Below are positions 54,919 to 64,000 of a DNA stretch of 64,000 nucleotides, in pieces. Below the pieces are notes generated by a model. That model saw only the letters and a list, made by a program, of their open reading frames with translations. It did no database searches and was not told the origin of the DNA. The DNA is from Octopus sinensis (Eukaryota): contig NC_043021.1 in NCBI RefSeq assembly GCF_006345805.1, forward strand, positions 25,048,001 to 25,112,000. Reading direction: 5' to 3'. Made by a program: the position numbers and the translations under genes. Numbering within the stretch: the stretch's first letter is position 1; every line of letters begins with the position of its first letter.

Positions 54919-55961
54919 GAAGATGAGTACCAACACTTCCATAATGGAATAAGCAGATGTGCTTCAAGAGGAAACAGCTGAGATTTTACCATACCTACCT
55001 ACATTATATATATAAGTATGTATGTATGTATGTATGTATGTATGTATGTATGTATGTATGTATGTGTGTATGTATGTATGTATGTATGTATGTATGTACG
55101 TATGTTTGTGTATGTATGTATGTATTAGCCATGAGGTGGAGTAGTACAATGACAAGGGACTATATCTAACAGGCCATGACTAAATGGTAAACAATATCTA
55201 AGATACAGACAAAAGAGGGAATGATTAAAAGGAATCCCATCCTTTTAATTAGAAGAGGAATACATCCAAAGGGAGCCCCTTCTTTCTACCCTTTTTCTTG
55301 TCTGGCATTAACAGCTTTAACCAATTTATTAAACCAGGCTGGACACAAATGTGAAAGAAGAACTGATGTGAAAGTCCATTTAGAAAAAAAAAACATGTCA
55401 AATTAACCTTGAAATAGAAAAACAATTAATTCAACTACTAACGGGAAGTTAGATAAAGAAATAGAGGTAATTAGATCAAATATAGACTGAAGAATTACAA
55501 AAAAGAATTAATGAATCAGACAGAATATATGAGAGAGAAACGAAAGAAAATATTACAAAGAAATATTCAAGACACAAAAGATTAATTCTTAAAGGTGATC
55601 TCAATGTCAGAAATAACATCATGGATATCAATAGTTCAGTGGAGGTGGTGGTGGTGGGGGAGTTATGATTTATATTATTCTCAACTGGAAGCTAAATAAA
55701 TTAGAAAGACTAGACAGGTAAAAATAAGAAAGTGACTGCTATTAGAATAACTTAAAAGCTGACACAGGTTATACTTAACATGAAAGCTAGAAAAACTATT
55801 AAAGACTATTTACTGTAGGACTACAAAAATGTCTGGTAAAGACCAGAGGGAAATATTGTTATACTTGGAGATGATTATATTTTGTCAATTAAAAACATGT
55901 CTGTAGTGGTGCATGTATTTAATTAACAAAATATGTCCATCGCCAAGGATAACAAGATCTG
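54919..55961. repeat. Right arm of the 1-kb inverted duplication
   Basis: Reverse complement of 48465-49495. Differences are concentrated in the (TATG)n tract. Confidence 0.95.
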
Positions 55962-56439
55962 TTGCAACACACGATTTTGCATCAAGAATCTCGTAAAACA
56001 AATACAGAAATGTAATAAAGGGAAATTAAAGGAAAAATCTTGAAAACTTGAATAAAAAGAAAAGAAAAACAATAACAAACAGCATTTAGTCTTCAGCAAA
56101 ACAAGAGAGCAATAACAAAACAAAAAAACTATATAATGAAGAAAAAAGAAAGTAAACTAAAAGCTGGATTGAAGGTGAACACTCTGAGCTGTTTGTGAGT
56201 AAAGGCATTGCACAAGCAATACCTGATACGACTGAGTGAATGAAGACGAAACTCAGAGTTTTCTCTTGCGTTCCTGGCTAGAAACTTTCACAAGTATAAA
56301 GTAACTGCATATGTGGAATCCATGTGGAAACAATTAATCACATTCTTTCTAACTAATCAGTCTTAATTAAAACACATGGCAGAGTTGGAAGTTTTATTCA
56401 CAGGTAACTAGAAGGAATACTCAAACAGAAAAATATGAA

Positions 56440-56531
<92 letters not shown>

Positions 56532-56532
56532 A

Positions 56533-56565
<33 letters not shown>

Positions 56566-56587
56566 TATAATATATATATATATATAT

Positions 56588-56638
<51 letters not shown>

Positions 56639-56778
56639 GCATACATACTTATTTAAAAGCAGCAGAAATATAACAATATTTCTGCTGCTTTTAAATAAAG
56701 CATATTACTCTACCTCTGGTATTTGAGTACTCTTTTTTCCACCTTGTTTCACATTATGTGCTTACTACTCGTATATAT

Positions 56779-56824
<46 letters not shown>

Positions 56825-56882
56825 CAACACACACACACACACACCACACACGCACACCTCTGTATATATATACACACATACA

Positions 56883-57791
56883 TACAAGGGGTACCCCAAA
56901 GTAACCTGAAACATTCCCTGTAGGACAAACCCTTTGTAGTTCAGGCTTCTGCCACTGGAAGCCACTTGATGCAACCCTCAGGCATCAGTCTGCCAACTAG
57001 CAGCATCAGGTGGAGTCATGCTTTCATGTGGTGCATTTTTGTTTTGCAGTACTTCTCTCTTGTTTGTTGATTTTTGTGATGGCTGAAACAAAGGAACAGC
57101 GTGCTTCCATGAAATTCTGTTTCCTGCTGAGGAAAACGGTAACCAAAACAGTTGTCATGCTTCAAACAGCTTTAGAAAGACATGGCCATGAGCAAAACAC
57201 AAGTTAACAAGTGGTTTTCATGCTTCAGGAATGGTCATTTGTCACTTGAAGACCAACCTGATACAGGACCACTGTTGACCTCCCAAATGAATGAAAGCAT
57301 TACGAAAATTCATGAACTGATCTTGGAGTACCATCACCAAACAAGTGAAGAACTTGTTGATATGACTGGTGTATCCTGGAGTTCCTGCCAATGATTTTTA
57401 AGTGAGGAATTGCGAATGCAAAGAGTTGCAGCAAAATTTGTGCCTCATTTGCTCACGGAAGATCAAAAGCAGTCACGATCGAATGCTTGTTGTGAAATGA
57501 AAGAACAGTTGGAAGTTAATCCAGACGTTTTTTGCAAAGGTCATTACTGGTGATGAAAAGTGGTGTTATGAAATTTGCAGATGGGCAAAAGGTGAAGGGA
57601 AAAACGATGGAAGCATTAAAGGACATCACTTTGCAAGAGGCCCAGCACTGCTTTGAAGAGTGATAGACATGGTTGGACCGATGCATTGCTTCAAATGGTG
57701 AATACTTTGAAAGCGAAAAAAGTGTAAATATGTGAAACTGTGTGAATAAAATAATGTTGCAAAATTCTGGTTTCTTTTGGGTATTCCCTAG
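56883..57791 (+). mobile_element. Internally deleted mariner transposon
   Basis: MAETKEQRASMKFCF, KTQVNKWF, RVAAKFVPHLL and VITGDEKW are joined directly to the C-terminal WLDRCIASNGEYFE. The ends are degenerate inverted repeats. Confidence 0.85.
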
Positions 57792-58316
57792 AACATATAA
57801 ACACACACACACACACACACACACATTGATGTCGTTACGTTACAATAATTTCATGAAAAAACAATTTTTCATGAAATTGAAGGAGTAAAAGATTTATTAT
57901 TATTCTTTAACAAGAATTGTAGAGACAGTGATTTCGCAGTTTTGAAGTTAAATATATAATATTGTGGGGTGGGGTGAGAGTGTGTGTGGGGGGAGGGATG
58001 ATTATGTGTGTTTGTGTGTGTGCATCTTTGAGTTTGGCCTACCACTGCTTCACAACTGGTGTGGGTTTATTTATGTCCTCATAACTTTCAGCTGAAAGAG
58101 TTTGACAGGATCAGAATCAAAAAAGGGTTTCATTTTACTAAATCCTTGCATGGTTGCTGACAAGTGATAGAAATAATTGAAAGAATAAAAAATACAAACA
58201 TATACACACACACATTTTTATATATACGCATACATATACACACATACATATATATATTTCACATACATGCACACTAACACATACACACACACATAAACAT
58301 TTGTATACATACATAT

Positions 58317-58355
<39 letters not shown>

Positions 58356-58496
58356 CATATAAATGTGTATATATATATATATATATCTATAATATATATA
58401 TTGGATGTATACATATATATATATATATATATTATTTCTTTACTGCCCACAAGGGGCTAAACATAGAGGGGACAAACAAGGACAGACGTGTTTAAG

Positions 58497-58660
58497 TCGA
58501 TTATATTGACCCTGGTGCATAACTGGTACTTAATTTATCGACCCCGAAAGGATGAAAGGCAAAGTCGACCTCAGCGGAATTTGAACTCAGAACGTAAAGA
58601 CGGACGAAATGCTGCCAAGCATTTCGCCCGGCGCGTTAACGTTTCTGCCAGCTTGCCGCC
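58497..58660 (-). mobile_element. SINE-like repeat, family C
   Basis: Reverse complement of the family C copies. Confidence 0.78.
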
Positions 58661-58695
58661 TAATATATATATATATATATACATATATACATGAA

Positions 58696-58736
<41 letters not shown>

Positions 58737-58893
58737 AAGTGGAGCCAGTCATCCCTTATCATCAGATTTGCCTTGCCCTTGAGTCTACCATGCTGTCACT
58801 GTTTTAGGTGCATATGTACTGCTGAGGAGACATAGACATACTACTGCCCCACCCCCTCACCTCACCCGTGACACGTACTTGTAGTGCATCACC

Positions 58894-58952
<59 letters not shown>

Positions 58953-59284
58953 TTCAAGCATTCGTTTATCTTCTTGTGTTACATTTGCAACGAAGCTCCC
59001 TTATGACTTGTCCCAAAAAGATGCTCGTCTCCTTTCATCCCGTCTGCAGAGTCACACATTGAAATGCAGTTCTCTAGCACCAATGGGTGTGCATCCATCT
59101 GCAGAAATCTGCAATGTGGTTAGGACTGTGGTGATTGCTACATCTGCAGTTAGGTCGTTGTATTCCGCATTTGATGTGCACCAAATTATTTTATCAATTG
59201 CTCTCGTTAGTTTTGTTTTTGTTAAGTTCATTATTAAATTAGATTTATTAATTGCAGCTTAGAATGTAATTCCCTTTCGCTTCA

Positions 59285-59380
59285 CACACACACACACACA
59301 CACACACATGTATGTATGTATGTATGTATGTGTGTTTGTATGTATGTGTGTATGTATGTGTGTATGTATGTATGTATGTA

Positions 59381-59413
<33 letters not shown>

Positions 59414-59883
59414 GTATGTATGTATGTATGTGTGTATGTATGTATGTATGTATGTGTGTATGTATGTGTGTATGTATGTATGTATGTCTGTATGTATGTG
59501 TTTGTATGTATGTGTGTATGTATGTATGTATGTCTGTATGTATGTGTTTGTATGTATGTATGCATGTATGTGTGTATGTATGTATGTATGTGTGTATGTA
59601 TGAATGTATGTGTGTATGTATGAATGTATGTGTGTATGTATAGGCAATAAAAGCAAAACTGTATGCATAGTGAATGTTTACCACTGACACCAGAACCAGA
59701 ACCATCACCATGTAAACCACCTCCATCACCAACACCACCATGTGAAGCACATCTACCACCACTGCCGCCACCGCCGCTACCATCACCACCACCCCTGCCA
59801 CCACAACCACCACCACCACCAATACCAACACTATTTGAACCATCACCACCATCATCATCACCAACACCACCGCCACCATCACT

Positions 59884-59923
<40 letters not shown>

Positions 59924-60020
59924 CCATCGTCCCCACTACCATTGCCTCTGTCAGTTGTGTTAGTGGCAGTGATATTGATGATGCTGATGCTGATGTTGAT
60001 GATGAGAGTAGTGGTGGTCA
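59285..60020. repeat. (TATG/TGTG)n tract followed by CAC/CAT/GAT low-complexity sequence
   Basis: Seen directly. Confidence 0.9.
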
Positions 60021-60171
60021 TGGTTATGATGGTTGTGTAACAGCTATTGCTGTTGGTGTTGCCAATGAAATTAGTGAATATCATCAAACAATAACAGGAA
60101 AATAAATACCAAAAAGAGGTGGGATTTAACCAGCAATATCCACAACAATAGCAATAATAATAATCATAATC

Positions 60172-60237
<66 letters not shown>

Positions 60238-60484
60238 GTTTCTATTAGAAGAAATATTCTAAGAAAGAGAGGGAGGGGAGATGAAGAGAGGAAGAGAGCA
60301 AGAAGAAAAGAAAGAGGAATCTTAGCAAAACAGGAATTGTGGGAATTGTTTCATAGTGTTGTTGTTTTTAAGGGGGTAGGCAATTTTTGTATATATAGAT
60401 TTGGTTTTTTTTTTCTTTTTGGTTTTTTTTTTTCATATTTTTTTTAGCATATTTGTCAAAGAAAGCCATAAAAATCTCACTCAC

Positions 60485-60800
60485 ATTGCGTTTCCGGGAC
60501 TGCACCATGGCCATGTGGCTGCACTGGTTGTGACTGCAGTTGAGACTGGAACAGCTGCCTGTAAAGCTGTGCGTATAATTCTGATGACAGACGCATTCCA
60601 ATCCTTGTGGAATTCACTATCCGACTTGCAAGAGAACCGGTTTGTGGCTTAGGAGGTTCACTGATGTTTGCCGAGGGAATCTGTTCCTTCAAGCTCTGCA
60701 CGAAAGATCTCGCAATCTGGCCAGAGCTGGTGAGATTCAAAGCACTGGCACCGCAACAAAATCTGGTGAGGAAGAGAATCAGTAGGAGATTCCACTTCAT
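60485..60800 (-). CDS. First coding exon of an uncharacterised secreted protein (MKWNLLLILFLTRFCCGASA...VPETQ)
   Basis: ATG at 60800 followed by a classic n/h/c-region signal peptide. Non-repetitive, more GC-rich ORF. Consensus donor T|GTGAGT at 60484, phase 1. Confidence 0.8.
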
Positions 60801-61079
60801 ACTATCTTGTTGCCCTGTTGCTTAGTAACCGGAACTTTGGTTAAATATTTAAAGGATAATAAAAAAATGACAAAAAACAAGTAAAAATAAATGGAGAGTA
60901 AAACGTGAAAAACTGGGGGCAGAAAAAAAAAATTTGAACAAATGCAAGAGTGATCCATGCATGCTCCTGCAACTACAACATCTAACATTTCAGCCACAAT
61001 CAGCGATCTACTTGGACAATAGAAACAGCAACTACAACAGAAGCATCAAATGTAATTGCAACATTTACATGCATGAGAC

Positions 61080-61114
61080 ATACACACATGTGTGTGTATG
61101 TATACATACGTATG

Positions 61115-61148
<34 letters not shown>

Positions 61149-61234
61149 CGTGCGTATGTGTGCATGTGTGTGTATATATGTGGGTATATGTATGTGTATA
61201 TATATGTATTAATATATATATATAATAATATGTG

Positions 61235-61281
<47 letters not shown>

Positions 61282-61603
61282 TATATATAATATATAATAT
61301 ATATATATATAATATATATATATTAATATATATACCACACATACACATATATATGCGTTTACATATGTGCATGTATCACTAAATTTTAAATATATATAGA
61401 CACATGTTTCTATGGGTATGAGTTTGTTCATATATTTATTTATTTTTCAAATATCCATGCACAGATACACACACATCACACAGGAATTTATATATATATA
61501 TATGATTGTATGTATATATGTGTATATATATTTATATATATATATATATATATATATACAATATATATATATATAATATAGAGATTGTATGTATATATGT
61601 GTG

Positions 61604-61685
<82 letters not shown>

Positions 61686-61704
61686 CTACATATATATATA
61701 TCTA

Positions 61705-61759
<55 letters not shown>

Positions 61760-61760
61760 T

Positions 61761-61797
<37 letters not shown>

Positions 61798-61831
61798 TTA
61801 CATAAAATTGTACACATGTGAGTGTGTGTTG

Positions 61832-61870
<39 letters not shown>

Positions 61871-61958
61871 TATATATATAGTGTTTACTCACATACACAC
61901 ACCCACCCACATAAATATAATGTGAATATACAAAATTATAAACACACATACACACACA

Positions 61959-61999
<41 letters not shown>

Positions 62000-62229
62000 A
62001 TGGACACATACACATATATGCACACTTGCACATATATGATACATGTGCATATATGTGTGTGTGTGTGTATGTATATATATATATATATATATGTACACAC
62101 ACACGTGTATACATTTATACATATATATATATATGCATACATCTCTATATACATACACATAGACATATAAAGAAATATATCCATGTGCATTGAGAAAACA
62201 TACCCATCTATCTATTTATCTATCTATAT

Positions 62230-62260
<31 letters not shown>

Positions 62261-62682
62261 TATATATACATACATATATGCCTATGTATACATACACAGC
62301 CACACACATATGCACATGTGTCTATATGCACATACACACACACGCACACGCACACACACACACACATATAAAGCATGTTAGAGTTAGTGGGTGGTAACAA
62401 TGTGAAAAAAAATAATAGAAGGGAAGAAAAAGCTAAAAGTGGTGTCCTTGATTTAGTATTTTTCTGTTGTTTTTTGGTTTTTGTTTTGCTGCCTTCATTA
62501 CAGAGTTTGTTGTTGTTTGTTGTTGTTGGTTTTAGTTGATGAGGGTTCACAACTGACTGTTCTGCCTTGGCTATTGAATTATTTAATTTATTTCTGTCTG
62601 CTTTCCTTATATATAAGAAATTACATCCATACACACACACACAAGCACGTGCATGGGCATGTATATGTACACACACACACAC

Positions 62683-62742
<60 letters not shown>

Positions 62743-62751
62743 TATACATAT

Positions 62752-62810
<59 letters not shown>

Positions 62811-62842
62811 GTATATATATATATATACATATATGTATATAT

Positions 62843-62888
<46 letters not shown>

Positions 62889-62934
62889 GTATATATATAT
62901 ATATACATATATGTATATATATACATATATACAT

Positions 62935-63004
<70 letters not shown>

Positions 63005-63057
63005 TAATATATATATATATATATATATTATATATCTATATATATTATATATGTATA

Positions 63058-63108
<51 letters not shown>

Positions 63109-63300
63109 AATTTCACATATAATATGTGTGTATGTGTGTGTGTGTGATAATATATATATGTATGTATTATGTAAGTATGTATGTATGTATATATATATAT
63201 ACACGCACGTGTGTGTGTCTATGCATGTAATTTCTTATATATAAAAGAAAGTAGTGTATGTGTATGTATATGTGTGCATGTACATACACATACACTATGT
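61080..63300. repeat. Extended (AT)n/(AC)n microsatellite field upstream of the secreted-protein ATG
   Basis: Seen directly. Confidence 0.92.
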
Positions 63301-64000
63301 ATATAACAAAGTAAAGTTGTAAGATACCGCACGAGTGGAAATATATATGAAAGAAGGTTTGAAAATGCAATTTTAAAAGATGTTTATTCACTTGACCAGT
63401 TTCACTTTTTTAGAAAAAGTTTGTCAAAAGTAAAATGTATGAACTTTGTATGAACTTTGTTGTGTTAAGTACTGGTTTTCACAAAAGTATTAAAATACAG
63501 ATATACATTCTTTGATAATAATAAGAAAATGTTAAAAACAGTTTACAAGGAAATATTTGAGAAAATATTCAACAAAAAAGTATTAGGAATTCAATATAAA
63601 TCATGTTTGTTTGGAAGTATATATATACACAGAAGGAGATATGTTTAAGAATTTACATAAAATTGGAGAGGAACCAACCTGTCTTTTTGGCATTTTTTCT
63701 ATTTTGTGTGTAGCTAAGGAATGTTTGCTATTTTAAGGGACAGTGTGGGAGGTTCGTTGGGGTGAGGAGAAGGAGGAGCAATGTGGAATTAAAAGGATTT
63801 TTTTGTTTCTGGGCTAGTCTGTCATGGTTCAGTGGTTTTGGGGACTGGTCTCAGAGGTCAGAATGGTGTGAGTGTGTGTGTGTCTGTGCACAGAGGTGTT
63901 CACAGACACACACACACACTCACACACACACACACCTCCATCCATCTTCTTGACCCACTATTGTTGGGGTGGGTCTGAGTGCAGAGTTCTTACGCACTTC

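Noticed and set aside
48465-55961. Autonomous large-TIR transposon (Polinton/Mutator/Foldback)
   Set aside because: No target-site duplication at the outer ends and no transposase, integrase or polymerase remnants between the arms. Reported as an inverted duplication instead.
59248-60087. Gly/Asp-rich 279-aa minus ORF as an extra exon of the secreted protein
   Set aside because: Derived from low-complexity repeats with no convincing acceptor/donor pair. Exons 1 and 2 already join in frame.

Overview
Eukaryotic, AT-rich, microsatellite- and retroposon-dense genomic DNA. The repeat landscape suggests a cephalopod such as Octopus, which is an inference. There are two convergent spliced genes. 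(1) Plus strand: the 3' part of an AKAP10 (D-AKAP2) orthologue, with 7 frame-consistent coding exons from 2709 to 12350 (second RGS domain, linker, PKA-binding helix) and a probable 3'-UTR exon at 15558. The 5' exons lie upstream of the window. (2) Minus strand: a phase-consistent 3-exon model (60800-60485, 43235-42717, 36046-35709) encoding an about 390-aa protein with a signal peptide and an Asn-rich middle. It has a weak by-eye resemblance to a TGF-beta prodomain, but I found no mature cystine-knot domain. The rest is tRNA-headed SINEs, RTE-clade LINE fragments, mariner remnants, a Penelope-like remnant, a MITE and large simple repeats. Notable structures are a 5'-inverted (twin-priming-like) RTE insertion, a 2.5-kb CAT/CAC array abutting a splice acceptor, a 1-kb inverted duplication and a perfect 66-bp hairpin. 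I found no CRISPR, rRNA or genuine tRNA genes. Almost all long ORFs in the track are simple-repeat artefacts. Repeat boundaries are approximate and protein similarities were judged by eye without database searches.
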